51,553 nt of DNA from an uncultured bacterium. Lineage in GTDB: Bacteria; Patescibacteriota; Minisyncoccia; Minisyncoccales; RBG-13-42-11. The notes under the pieces were generated by a model. The model saw only the letters and a program-made list of their open reading frames with translations. It did not search any database and was not told the origin of the DNA. The DNA is taken from positions 1 through 51,553 of the forward strand of contig CAWBPO010000002.1 in assembly GCA_963790795.1 (NCBI GenBank), given 5' to 3'. Made by a program: the position numbers and the translations under genes. Numbering within the stretch: position 1 is the first letter of the stretch; each line of letters begins with the position of its first letter. Below, piece after piece: positions 29,646-40,152 of this stretch.

Positions 29646-30398
29646 ATGGAAAAAAATATACCAAAAATTTACAGCAGTTCTGAAGAAAATAAAGTTCGGG
29701 AACAATTCGTCGAACATTTCAGAAATTGTCCTATTCCAGACGATCAAATTCTTTCCAATCTTGGGTTATTTTTGAATTCTAAAACCTTAGCAAGGATCCT
29801 TTTTATGGACCACCTTTACAGACAGATTGTTGATGTTCAGGGAATTGTCATTGACTTTGGAACATGGTGGGGCCAGAATTCGTCTTTATTTGCTGCCCTT
29901 AGAGGAATATATGAGCCGTTCAATCGTCACAGAAAGATAGTTGGTTTTGATAGTTTTACTGGTTTTCCTTCTATCTCGGAAAAAGATGGCGGTTCCGATC
30001 TTATGGTTAAAGGCAATCTTGCCTTAAGCGAAAATTATGTTGAATATCTAAGAAAAATAATGGAACTTCAGGAAAAAGATAATCCTTTGTCCCATATTAA
30101 GAAATTCGAGATTATACCCGGAGACGCTACGGTAACGATAAATAAGTTTCTTGAGGGTAATCCGGAAACAATTATTGCTCTAGCTTATTTTGATTTTGAC
30201 ATTTACGAGCCCACTAAAAAATGTTTGGAAGCAATTAAGTCTAGATTGGTAAAGGGAAGCGTTTTGGGATTTGACGAGCTTAACGATCATGATTCTCCCG
30301 GTGAAACTTTAGCGCTTAATGAAGTTTTCGGATTAAACAACATAAAATTAAAGAGATATCCATACGCTTCAAGGACTTCTTATTTTGTCGTTGAATAA
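29646..30398 (+). CDS. TylF/MycF/NovP-type sugar O-methyltransferase
   Basis: GIVIDFGTWWG, GFDSFTGFP, AYFDFDIYEPT, FDEL. Confidence 0.85.
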   Translation: MEKNIPKIYSSSEENKVREQFVEHFRNCPIPDDQILSNLGLFLNSKTLARILFMDHLYRQIVDVQGIVIDFGTWWGQNSSLFAALRGIYEPFNRHRKIVGFDSFTGFPSISEKDGGSDLMVKGNLALSENYVEYLRKIMELQEKDNPLSHIKKFEIIPGDATVTINKFLEGNPETIIALAYFDFDIYEPTKKCLEAIKSRLVKGSVLGFDELNDHDSPGETLALNEVFGLNNIKLKRYPYASRTSYFVVE

Positions 30399-30423
30399 AA
30401 TAATTTAGGCAGTCAAAATAATT

Positions 30424-31415
30424 ATGATAGAAGACAATATCCTTAAGAGTTTTGTCAAAAAGAATGTTTTAGTAACCGGAGGAACCGGATTGATCGGCAG
30501 GCAGGTAGTAGATATTTTATGCAAGGCCGGAGCAAATGTCAGAATTGTTTCTTTGGATAAGATAAAGGTAGACAAGAGAGTCAAACATATCTTCGGCGAC
30601 CTTGCTGATTTTGAGTTATGTAAGAAAATTACCAAAGGCATGGATTTTGTCTTTCATTTAGCTGGAATCAAAGGTTCAGTTGAGGTAACAAAAAGGCAAC
30701 CTGCCAGTTTTTTCGTCCCGCTTTTGCAGATGAATACCAATATTTTGGAAGCTTGCAGGATAAACAATGTTAAGAAAGTGGTATATACCAGTTCAATTGG
30801 CGCCTATGCTTCGGCTGAAGTATTTAAAGAAGGGGAGAATCTGGAAGGGCCTCCCATGGATATGTTTCCCGGCTGGGCAAAGAGAATGGCTGAATTGCAG
30901 ATACAGGCATACAATATTCAGTACGGGCTGGATAATTTCGCCATTGTCAGGCCGTGCAATGTTTACGGTCCTGGAGACAATTTTGATCCGGAAAATGCCA
31001 TGGTTATCCCTTCATTGATGTACAGAATTTATCACAAGGAGAATCCGGTAGTTGTTTGGGGAGACGGTACAGCCATTCGCGATTTTGCTTTCAGCCGCGA
31101 TGTGGCTGAAGGCATAATTCTGGCTCTGCATTTCGGCACCAAATCAAAATTCGTAAATCTGGGGAGCGGGCAGAGGATATTCCATTAAAGAACTGGTTGA
31201 AACTTTACGAAGTTTTATTGATTTCAACTATGAATTTGATGCCAGCAAGTCAGGAGGTTTTCCAAGAAGGGTAATGGATATTTCTTTGGCCAGAGGAGTT
31301 AATTCACTACAATCCGAGTACTTCTTTGCTGGACGGCCTGAAAGAAACTTGGGATTGGTTTATAAACAATCAAGACGAGTATTTGAAAAGAAAAAATTAT
31401 TTTAAAGAATCATGA
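30424..31415 (+). CDS. NAD-dependent epimerase/reductase (GDP-fucose synthase-like), frameshifted at ~31170 and ~31295
   Basis: TGGTGLIG, RPCNVYGPGDNFD, VWGDG.AIRDF; C-terminus continues in shifted frames to TGA 31413-31415. Confidence 0.82.
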
Positions 31416-31942
31416 TAAAAATATCGAAAACAAAATTAAATAATGTCTTACTTTTCCAGCTGGAGCATTTCAAGGACCACCGGGGCACTTATACTTCAAT
31501 TTACAATAAAGAAGAGTTTGCCAAAGCGATAAAAAGGGAGTTGGATAAAGAAGTGGAATTTCTTGAAGACGATTACGCTTTTTCCAAGAAAAACGTTATA
31601 AGGGGGATTCACGGAGATAACAGAACCTGGAAGCTGGTAACCTGTCTTTTCGGAGAGTTTTACATTGTTGTTGTCAATTGCGACGAAGAATCAAAAGATT
31701 TTGGCAAGTGGGAAAAGTTTGTTTTAACAAGAGAAAACGGCAAGCAGGTTTTAATTCCGCCAAAACACGGCCATGCCTATGCAGTTTTGAGCGACAAAGC
31801 AGTTTTCCATTATAAGCAGTCTTGTTATTACCGGGGCATGGAAAAGCAGTTTACTTATAAGTATGACGATCCAAGGTTTAATATTCCCTGGCCAGTAAAA
31901 AATCCGATTCTTTCCAAAAGAGACGAACAGGGACACATATAA
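31412..31942 (+). CDS. rmlC: RmlC-family NDP-4-keto-sugar 3,5-epimerase
   Basis: DHRG, VIRGIH, KLVTC, LIPPKHGHAY, YDDP.FNI.WP. Confidence 0.85.
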   Translation: MIKISKTKLNNVLLFQLEHFKDHRGTYTSIYNKEEFAKAIKRELDKEVEFLEDDYAFSKKNVIRGIHGDNRTWKLVTCLFGEFYIVVVNCDEESKDFGKWEKFVLTRENGKQVLIPPKHGHAYAVLSDKAVFHYKQSCYYRGMEKQFTYKYDDPRFNIPWPVKNPILSKRDEQGHI

Positions 31943-31947
31943 AAATC

Positions 31948-32898
31948 ATGTCTATTAATACAAATTATTTTAAGAATAAAAAAGTTTTGGTAGCTGGCGG
32001 GGCCGGCTTTGTTGGCACAAATTTAATTAAAAAATTGCTTGAAATAGGGGTGAAAGTAAGAGCTATTGATATAAAAGAATTACAAATCCAAGACGATCGC
32101 GTTGAGTATCTCCAGGGTGATCTTACAAAAAAAGAAGACTGCCAGAAAGCAGTTAAGGATATTGAATATGTTTTTATGTTGGCGGCGAATACTTCGGGCG
32201 CTGCGGTTATGGAGAAAACTCCACTAGTTCACGTTACCCCAAATATTATTATGAATAGCTTGATGTTGGAATCGGCGTATGAGGCTGGGGTCAAAAAATT
32301 CTTATTCCATAGCAGCAATACGGTTTATCCAGTTTTAGATCGTCCTGCAAAGGAGGAGGATATGAAATATGGCGATGTTTTCTCAAAATATTATTTTGTT
32401 GCTTGGATGAAGCAGTTTTCTGAAGTTCTTTGCGAAATGTACACAAAGATAAAGAATCCGATGAAAACAGTAGTTACTAGGCCCGCAAATATTTACGGTC
32501 CGTATAGCGGTTTTGATCCAGAAACATCTCATGTAATACCTGCTTTAATAAGAAGAGTGGTCAAGAGAGAGAATCCATTAATTGTTTGGGGTGATGGCAA
32601 TGATATAAAAGATTTTATTTATATAGATGATCTTATTGAAGGAGATTTGTTGGCAATGGAAAAAATTGATAATTTTGAGCCGATAAATATAGCTTCTGGT
32701 CAATCATACACAATTAAAGATGTCTTAAGGGCCATTTTGGAAGCAGATAACTATCAGGATGCCGAAATTGTTTTTGATGTCTCTAAACCGACTATGATAC
32801 CAAAACGATTGATTGATAATTATAAGGCTAAGGAGCTTTTAGGTTTTGAGGCTAAAACACCATTAGCAGAGGGTATTAAAAAAACGGTAGATTGGTAA
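31948..32898 (+). CDS. NAD-dependent epimerase/dehydratase
   Basis: AGGAGFVG, RPANIYGP, SHVIPALI, VWGDG; the stop may be slightly premature (next in-frame TAA ends at 32913). Confidence 0.88.
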   Translation: MSINTNYFKNKKVLVAGGAGFVGTNLIKKLLEIGVKVRAIDIKELQIQDDRVEYLQGDLTKKEDCQKAVKDIEYVFMLAANTSGAAVMEKTPLVHVTPNIIMNSLMLESAYEAGVKKFLFHSSNTVYPVLDRPAKEEDMKYGDVFSKYYFVAWMKQFSEVLCEMYTKIKNPMKTVVTRPANIYGPYSGFDPETSHVIPALIRRVVKRENPLIVWGDGNDIKDFIYIDDLIEGDLLAMEKIDNFEPINIASGQSYTIKDVLRAILEADNYQDAEIVFDVSKPTMIPKRLIDNYKAKELLGFEAKTPLAEGIKKTVDW

Positions 32899-32916
32899 AG
32901 AAAACAGGTTTAAAAA

Positions 32917-32973
32917 AGTCGAAGAAATGCATTTCTTCTTTATCTTCGTTTCCGCTTCGCGGAAACTCAATAT
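32917..32973 (+). repeat. Two-hairpin element abutting a start codon, copy B
   Basis: agtc-gaagaaatg/catttcttc...cttc-gtttccgc-ttc-gcggaaac-tc..atATG. Confidence 0.7.
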
Positions 32974-33972
32974 ATGATTATTACTAGAACGCCTTTTCGT
33001 ATTTCGTTTTTTGGGGGAGGGACAGATTACCCGGTTTGGTATGAAGAAAACGGCGGGGCCGTATTAAGCACCACTATAAACAAATACTGCTATATAACGA
33101 CAAGATACCTTCCTCCATTTTTTAATCACAAGTACAGGATAAGATACACTCTCCGCGAGGAAACCAAAGACATTTCTGAAATAAAGCATCCTTCTGTCAG
33201 AGAATGTTTGAAATACCTTAATATTAATCGCGGTATTGAAATGGTTCATGCGGCTGACTTACCAGCTCGCTCAGGCCTTGGTTCCAGTTCCGCTTTTACT
33301 GTCGGTTTCTTGCACAGCTTATATGCCTTAATTGGGAAAATGATAACCAAAAGACAGTTGGCTCTTGATGCGATTCATGTTGAGCAGGATTTAATTAAAG
33401 AAAACGTTGGTTCTCAAGATCAAACAAACGCTGCTTTTGGCGGTTTGAACAAAATAGAGTTTGGCGGACAAGAGAAAATACTCGTTCAGCCCATAACCAT
33501 CAGTGGAGAGAAATTAAAGTTGCTTCAGGACCATTTAATGCTGTTTTTCACCGGTTTTTCCCGAGACGCTTCAGAGGTTGCCAAAGAGCAGATTAAAAAA
33601 ACTCCTTCAAAGGGACAGGAATTAAAAACAATGAGGCAGATGGTAGATGAAGCAATTGATATTCTTAATAGCGATACTGATAAAATTGATGATTTTGGCA
33701 GGCTTCTTCACGAATCATGGAAAATTAAACGAAGTTTAACTAATAAAATATCAAACGGTCAAATTGATAGTATTTACGAAACAGGTCTTAAAGCGGGAGC
33801 CTTAGGAGGGAAATTATGCGGAGCCGGCAGCGGCGGATTTATGTTCTTTTTCGCGCCGCCCGAAGCGCAGGCGCAAATAAAAGAAAGATTGAAACATCTT
33901 TTGTATGTGCCGTTTCGCTTCGACGATTTAGGCAGCCAAATAATTTTTCACAGCGCTCAAGACTTTTTTTAA
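32974..33972 (+). CDS. hddA: D-glycero-alpha-D-manno-heptose 7-phosphate kinase (GHMP)
   Basis: RTPFRISFFGGGTDY, PARSGLGSSS, VGSQDQ, GGKLCGAGSGG. Confidence 0.88.
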   Translation: MIITRTPFRISFFGGGTDYPVWYEENGGAVLSTTINKYCYITTRYLPPFFNHKYRIRYTLREETKDISEIKHPSVRECLKYLNINRGIEMVHAADLPARSGLGSSSAFTVGFLHSLYALIGKMITKRQLALDAIHVEQDLIKENVGSQDQTNAAFGGLNKIEFGGQEKILVQPITISGEKLKLLQDHLMLFFTGFSRDASEVAKEQIKKTPSKGQELKTMRQMVDEAIDILNSDTDKIDDFGRLLHESWKIKRSLTNKISNGQIDSIYETGLKAGALGGKLCGAGSGGFMFFFAPPEAQAQIKERLKHLLYVPFRFDDLGSQIIFHSAQDFF

Positions 33973-33977
33973 AAAAT

Positions 33978-34580
33978 ATGAACAAAATATTTTTAATCAA
34001 CAAAGCAATAAAAAACAGTTGTGAAACAAAAAGAAAAATCTTGGAAAACAGGGAGATTTTGTCAATGATTGAAAGAATCACTGAAGAAATGATAAAAGCG
34101 TTCAAAAGCGGAAAGAAAGTTCTTTTTTGCGGAAACGGCGGAAGCGCGGCCGATGCCCAACATTTAGCAGCAGAACTTTCCGGGAAGTTTTACTTAGACA
34201 GAGATCCTTTGCCCGCAGAACCCTTGAATATCAACACTTCTTTTTTGACTGCAGTGGCCAATGATATTTCCTATGAAGAGGTTTTTGCAAGATTAATAAA
34301 TGCTATAGGTCAACCAGGAGATATTTTGGTTGCCCTTTCAACTTCTGGCAATTCAATGAATATTATAAAAGCTATTGAAGCTGCTAATAAGAAGAAAATG
34401 ATTACAGTTGGCTTAACTGGGGAAACCGGCGGCAAGGTGAGACATCTTTGCAATCATTTGATTAAGGTGCCATCAGCTGACACTCCGAGAATTCAGGAAG
34501 CTCATACTTTGATCGGACATATTATTTGCGAAATAGTGGAAAAGGAAATTTTTGGAGATAAAAACATTAAAAAATCATGA
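33978..34580 (+). CDS. gmhA: Phosphoheptose isomerase
   Basis: CGNGGSAADAQHLAAE, STSGNS, TPRIQEAH; ATG 33978. Confidence 0.92.
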   Translation: MNKIFLINKAIKNSCETKRKILENREILSMIERITEEMIKAFKSGKKVLFCGNGGSAADAQHLAAELSGKFYLDRDPLPAEPLNINTSFLTAVANDISYEEVFARLINAIGQPGDILVALSTSGNSMNIIKAIEAANKKKMITVGLTGETGGKVRHLCNHLIKVPSADTPRIQEAHTLIGHIICEIVEKEIFGDKNIKKS

Positions 34581-35868
34581 AAGCAGTAATATTGGCTGGA
34601 GGGAAGGGTACGCGCTTATTTCCTTTGACTAGAAGGATTCCAAAGGCATTGGTGGAAATAGGCGGAAAACCGGTTATTGAACACCAAATTGTGCTTTTGA
34701 GGGATTACGGGATTAGAGAAATCTGGATACTTTCCGGCTATTTGGGCAGCCAAGTGAAAGAATATCTTCAAAACGGCAGAAAATGGAATGTTAATATCCA
34801 TTATCTGCAGGAGAAAAAACCTTTAGGAACAGCAGGAGCCCTTAAGACTTTGGAAAAGCTAATACAGAAAGATGGTTTTTTAGTTTTGTCCGGAGACGTA
34901 ATGCTGGATTTTGACATTAAGAGGTTTATCAACTATCACCGCCAAAAGAAAGCTGCTACAATCATTGTTCATCCCAACGACCATCCGGCAGACAGCGATT
35001 TGGTTGAAGTTGATAATCAAGGGAAAATTATTTCTTTATTAAAACGGCCTCATCCTAAAGCTAGTGTTTTCCGCAATTTAAGCATTGCTTCCGTTTATAT
35101 TTTTTCACCAAAGATTTTTAAATATATACCCCAAAGGAGAAAATGCGATATCGAAAAAGATATATTGCCTTTAGTTTTGAAATTAAAAGAGAAAATTTAT
35201 GCCTATAATACTCCAGAATACATAAAGGATATCGGGACTTTAAAAAGGCTGAAAGAAGTAAGGGGAGATTACAGTTCAGGGAAGATCAGGAGGATTAACC
35301 TTAAAAATAAAAGGAAAGCCGTGTTTCTCGATAGAGACGGCGTTATTAATAAGGAAGTAGATCAGCTTTCTAGGATAAAAGATTTTGAATTATATAGTTT
35401 TGCCGCCAAGGCCGTAAAGAAGATTAACGATTCCGATTATCTGACCATTATAGTTACCAATCAGCCGATGATTGCTAAAGGCTTTATGACGGAGAACGAT
35501 TTAAGTGAGATACATAAAAAATTGGAAACAGAGCTCGGCTTAAGGGGAGCGAAAATAGATGCCATTTATTATTGCCCCCATCATCCGGAAAAGGGGTTTG
35601 TCGGCGAATGCCGGAATTGAAAATTAAATGCAGCTGCCGCAAGCCGTTGCCAGGTCTTTTTCTGAAAGCGCGCAAAGACTTCAATATTGATTTTAAAAAG
35701 TCATATTTGGTTGGCGATCAGGAAAGGGATATTCTGGTTGGCAGGAAAATCGGCTGTAAGACTATTCTGGTCAGAACCGGTCTCGGGAAAAATTACAAGA
35801 ACGCCGTTAAGCCGGATTTTATTGCTAAAAATCTGTTAGAAGCAGTTACTAAAATAATAATTAAATAG
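34577..35868 (+). CDS. gmhB: Fused heptose-1-phosphate guanylyltransferase (HddC-like) + heptose bisphosphate phosphatase (GmhB-like), frameshift at ~35610
   Basis: ILAGGKGTRL..PK, PLGTAG; FLDRDGVIN, YYCPHHP, then CSCRKP.PG..VGD in the next frame. Confidence 0.85.
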
Positions 35869-35874
35869 CTTTAA

Positions 35875-36986
35875 ATGAAATACGATAAAATTAATTTTTT
35901 ATACCGCGCGCCAACGTCAATTTATTCTTCCTACATTTATTTTGAGGGATTGAGAAGAGCTTTGGAAAGAAACGGCCTTTTGCATTACGCTTTCGGCGCA
36001 GGCGGCAAAGAGTCTTTGAATATGAAAGAGCTTTTGAAAGTATCCGATTTTATGCATTAACGGTTCGTGGGAGCCTGTTTTTAGTATTGTAAAATCGGTT
36101 GCCAGGACGGCAGTTCGTAGCCGAGATGAATTCGGAACTCTTATTCAAAGGCGAGTACTACAAAGGACTGAAGAATACGCTCGTTACAAAATTGTCTCGG
36201 CTAAAAAGATATCTTAGTGTTTTGAAATCTTCTCCGCAGCAGAGATACAAGGAATTTCTGCAGGAGATTAAAATGTTCTTTAATGTGAATATTTTAAAAG
36301 ATTATTTATATCCTTATAAATTATTGAAAGAAAGATCAAAGTATTTTAACTTGTATTTTTCCGGTTTAGAAGAAGACCTGGACAAATACTTTGGAAAACC
36401 CTGTTATTTTTTCATAAGCTGGGCGCATACGGAACTATTAGACGATATTACCAAGCCGATCAGCGATAAAATATTATTTGTCGGCGCTCTCCACTGCACA
36501 AGAGCAGATTTTTTGAAAGAAGACAAAAACAAGATTGTTGAGGCAAGAAACACTGAGTTCAAAAGTGATCCGGCAGAAAACGTCAGAGAATTGGCTAGAT
36601 TGATTAACGAATATAAATATACGCTTTGTCCTGTAGGCATAATTGATCAATATATACCGGGCAAGATTTTTGAATATTTGGCTTGTAAAAGATTATGTTT
36701 TTGCCATTTTCCGAAGAAAGGCAGGGTAAGAATTGAAAAATTCTTCAGGGATGGAAAAGAAGTGGTTTATTTCAGGAATTTTCCCGAACTGGAAGAAAAA
36801 TACCAATATTATCTGAAGAATCCAGAAAAAGCAGAACGGATTGCTCAGACAGGTTATGAAAAAGTCAGGAAATACCACAATGCCGACGTCAGAGCAAAGT
36901 ATTTTGCTCAAACAGTTCTGCACCATGCCAACGGCGGAAAATACAGCGAGAATTTTAGCGATTTGGCTATTTTTGGCATAGAATAA
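35875..36986 (+). CDS. Glycosyltransferase (Glyco_trans_1_2-like), frameshift at ~36040
   Basis: ILFVG, KIFEYLAC, F.DGKEVVYF, Y.KNPE.AERIA..GY. Confidence 0.75.
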
Positions 36987-37004
36987 ATTATTAAGGCAAT
37001 TAAA

Positions 37005-37734
37005 ATGGAAAAATACGATAATTTCAATTATCAAAATCACTATCAGAATTTAAAGACTATGGGCAGCTCCGGAGTGGAAAAAACCGTTTTTAATTTGATA
37101 CGTAGCGACATTTCCAAGGATAAAAGAGCTGCTGCAAGAATACTTGAAATAGGATTCGGGAGAGGCGATTTAATTTTTAAATTGGCTGAAAATAATTTTA
37201 TCGTCAGTGGCCTTGATATTTCGCTTGAGAACGTAAAGGCTGTCCAAAGTGTATTAAAAGAAAGGGGATTGCGAGCTGATGTGCGCCAAGGGGATATTTT
37301 GAAAAGCTCTTTTGGAGAACGAGGAATTCGATGTTGTTATGGCTTGCGAAACAATTGAGCATCTTACTGATTTGGAAGAAGCAGCCAAAGAAATAACCAG
37401 AATTTTAAAGCCGGGCGGAATATTGGTCGTTTCCGTTCCTTATTGCCAGAAAATAAAGCTTGAAGAATGCATTTTTTGCCACAAGCTGACGCCCCGCGAC
37501 GGCCATCTGCATTCTTTTGATAAAGAAAAGCTTTTAAGTCTTTTTAAAAAATACGATATGGAGGCTCAAAAGATAAAGACATGCTTTTCAAAAGGAAACG
37601 TATTTCCTTTTTTGAATAAGATATACGTTTTTCCTTTTTCTTGGATTATTGATCGGTTTGACTTGATTGTTTCCAGAATGTTCGGCTTATTTCCACCATT
37701 TTTATTAGTAAAATTTCGTAAAAGAGAAATTTAG
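37005..37734 (+). CDS. Class I SAM methyltransferase, frameshift at ~37310
   Basis: ILEIGFGRG, GLDIS; FDVV..ETIEHL..RILKPGG...SVP. Confidence 0.82.
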
Positions 37735-37737
37735 AAT

Positions 37738-38690
37738 ATGAAAGAAAACTTTCCTTTTGTTTCAATTATTATTCCTTGTTTCAACGAAGAAAAATACATT
37801 GGAAAATGCTTGAGTTCTTTATTGGAACAGGACTGTCCCAAAGAGAAAACAGAGGTTTTGGTAGTTGACGGCGATTCTAAAGATAAAACCAGGGAAATCA
37901 GTAGAAAAATTCAAAATTGCGAAATAAAAATAAAAATTAGATTTTGGATAATCCGAAGAAATTTACCCCCTTTGCTTTGAATGTCGGCATTAAAAATGCT
38001 AAAGGCGATATTATTATCAGGATGGACGCTCATGCCGGCTATGAAAAAGATTATATTTCAAAATGCGTAAAATACTCCATTAAGTACAACGCAGACAATG
38101 TTGGCGGATTTATGAAAACTTTGCCGGCCGGAAAGAGTTTAATGGCAAAGGCCATTGCTTATTGTTTGTCTAATGTTTTTGGCGTGGGCGGTTCATATTT
38201 CAGGATCGGGGTAAAAGAGCCTCGCTGGGTGGATACGGTTTTTGGCGGATGCTTTAAAAAGAAGGTTTTTGACAAGATAGGGCTTTTCAACGAAAACCTG
38301 TTCCGGAGCCAGGATATGGAATTTAATTTAAGATTGAAAAAGGCCGGAGGTAAAATTCTTTTAGCTCCAGATATTGTAAGTTATTATTATCCCAAATCCA
38401 CTCTTAAAGATTTTTTTGTTCACAATATTAAAGACGGGATTTGGGCGATTTATCCTTTGAAATTTGTTAAATTTCCCCTAAAATTAAGGCATTATATTCC
38501 TTTGATTTTAGTTTTGACCTTGCCTTTGAGCATTTGGCCATATATTCTGCTTTCTTTGTTTTTTTCCTTTAAAGTCGCAGTTAGAGAAAAAGATATCAAA
38601 TTGTTTTTCATAATGCCCTTGGTATTTGCTGCTAGGCATATAGGATATGGATTAGGTTCAATTTGGGGCATTGTAAAATTATTATTTTAA
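37738..38690 (+). CDS. GT2 glycosyltransferase (ExoA-like), frameshift at ~37920-37940
   Basis: SIIIPCFNEE, VVDGDS.D.T, RMDAH, QDMEFNLRL. Confidence 0.85.
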
Positions 38691-38694
38691 AATA

Positions 38695-39489
38695 ATGGAA
38701 TCTAGAAAAAAGAAAGAAATTGAATATTACGATAAGCAGGCAGAAAATTGGCTGAAAGACAATCCGAATAAAATACAAGAAGGGGACTTTGAAGGTTTTA
38801 ATCCGTTGGTTTTATCTAGTTTTCAATTCTGCTACAAGCTTCTTAGCAGAAACTGCCAGAAAAAGAAAGTTTTGGATTTTGGCTGCGGTAACGGCGTTCA
38901 TTCCATTTTTCCCGTAAAAATGGGAGCAAAAAAACTCGTCGGCATTGATTTGTCAGAGTCTTCTCTCAAAATAGCCATAGAAAGGGCAAAAAAAGAAGGA
39001 GTGCTAGATAAAACAGAATTTTTAGCAATGGATTGCGAGAAAATGGATTTTCCTGATAATTCTTTTGATGTTATTTTAGACGGGGGAACTTTTTCTTCTT
39101 TAGATTTGAAGAAGGCGTATCCTGAACTGTTCCGCGTTTTAAAGCCAGGAGGCATTTTAATCGGAATTGAGACTTTCGGACACAATCCCTTTACCAATTT
39201 GAAGAGAAAAATAAACAAATTGATCGGTAAAAGAACTGGATGGGCGGCAGAACATATTTTTCAAGCTAAAGATTTAAAAGAAGCGGAAAAATACTTTAAA
39301 GAAATTAAAGCTCATCATTTTCATTTAATATCTTGGCTGGCTTTTCCGTTTTTAAGATTGCCTGGCGGAAAGTTTATACTGAAGATTCTGGAAGCAATTG
39401 AAAAACCTTTTCTTAGGGTATCATTTTTGAATAAGTACGCATTTAAAGTAGTATTTATCTTTAAAAACCCAAAGAAGATAAAAAAATGA
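38695..39489 (+). CDS. Class I SAM methyltransferase
   Basis: VLDFGCGNG, GIDLS, FPDNSFD, RVLKPGG. Confidence 0.88.
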   Translation: MESRKKKEIEYYDKQAENWLKDNPNKIQEGDFEGFNPLVLSSFQFCYKLLSRNCQKKKVLDFGCGNGVHSIFPVKMGAKKLVGIDLSESSLKIAIERAKKEGVLDKTEFLAMDCEKMDFPDNSFDVILDGGTFSSLDLKKAYPELFRVLKPGGILIGIETFGHNPFTNLKRKINKLIGKRTGWAAEHIFQAKDLKEAEKYFKEIKAHHFHLISWLAFPFLRLPGGKFILKILEAIEKPFLRVSFLNKYAFKVVFIFKNPKKIKK

Positions 39490-40079
39490 CGAAAAGATTA
39501 TTTGATATTGTATTTTCTTTTTTCGGATTGATATTAACTTCTCCTTTGTTTTTGCTTTTTTCCTTTTTGATAAAACGGGAATCACCGGGGCCTGTTTTTT
39601 ATCGCGGCAAAAGAGCAGGAAAAGGAGGAAAAGAATTTCTTATCTTCAAATTCAGAACCATGGTCGTTGATGCTGAAAAGATAGGTGGACCTTCAACTTC
39701 CGGCGACGACCCTCGGCTTTTGAAAATCGGCAGGATTTTAAGAAGATACCAATTGGACGAGCTGCCCCAGTTTATCAATATTTTAAAGGGAGAAATGTCC
39801 TTTGTCGGACCAAGGCCGGAAGTGCCTTCTGAAGTGGCAAGATATGACAAGGAAGACAGGAAATTGATTCTATCCGTAAAGCCGGGATTGACTGATTTGG
39901 CAACTTTGGAAAATGTGCATGAAGAGGAAATTTTAAGAGGAGCACAAGATCCCCACGAAGCTTACAGAAGGTTGATTCAGCCCCAAAAGATAAAACTGGC
40001 CAAAGAATACGTGAAAAGGCGCTCTTTCTTAATGGATATTAAGATTATTCTTAAAACCCTCAAATCTGCGATTTTTTAA
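39486..40079 (+). CDS. Initiating polyprenyl-phosphate sugar phosphotransferase (Bac_transf)
   Basis: KRLFDI, FKFRTM, DDPR, LDELPQ, MSFVGPRP, KPGLT. Confidence 0.92.
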   Translation: MTKRLFDIVFSFFGLILTSPLFLLFSFLIKRESPGPVFYRGKRAGKGGKEFLIFKFRTMVVDAEKIGGPSTSGDDPRLLKIGRILRRYQLDELPQFINILKGEMSFVGPRPEVPSEVARYDKEDRKLILSVKPGLTDLATLENVHEEEILRGAQDPHEAYRRLIQPQKIKLAKEYVKRRSFLMDIKIILKTLKSAIF

Positions 40080-40101
40080 ATATTTTCTTTTTTAATAAAG
40101 T

Positions 40102-40130
40102 AACCCTCCATATTTTGCGTATGGAGGGTT
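40102..40130. terminator. Hairpin between convergent genes
   Basis: aaccctccata/tatggagggtt. Confidence 0.7.
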
Positions 40131-40152
40131 GTTTGTTGTTTCTCTTCGAAAC

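Noticed and set aside
32896..32913. Possible stop-codon readthrough or recoding (TGG TAA AGA AAA CAG GTT TAA)
   Set aside because: A single case near the natural C-terminus; other genes end normally at TAA/TGA/TAG, so a base error or trivial truncation is more likely
33816..33977. N-terminal extension of GmhA (likewise 6414, 7040, 21860, 26325 and 43968 starts)
   Set aside because: The extensions overlap upstream genes or promoters; downstream ATGs fit the family N-termini better
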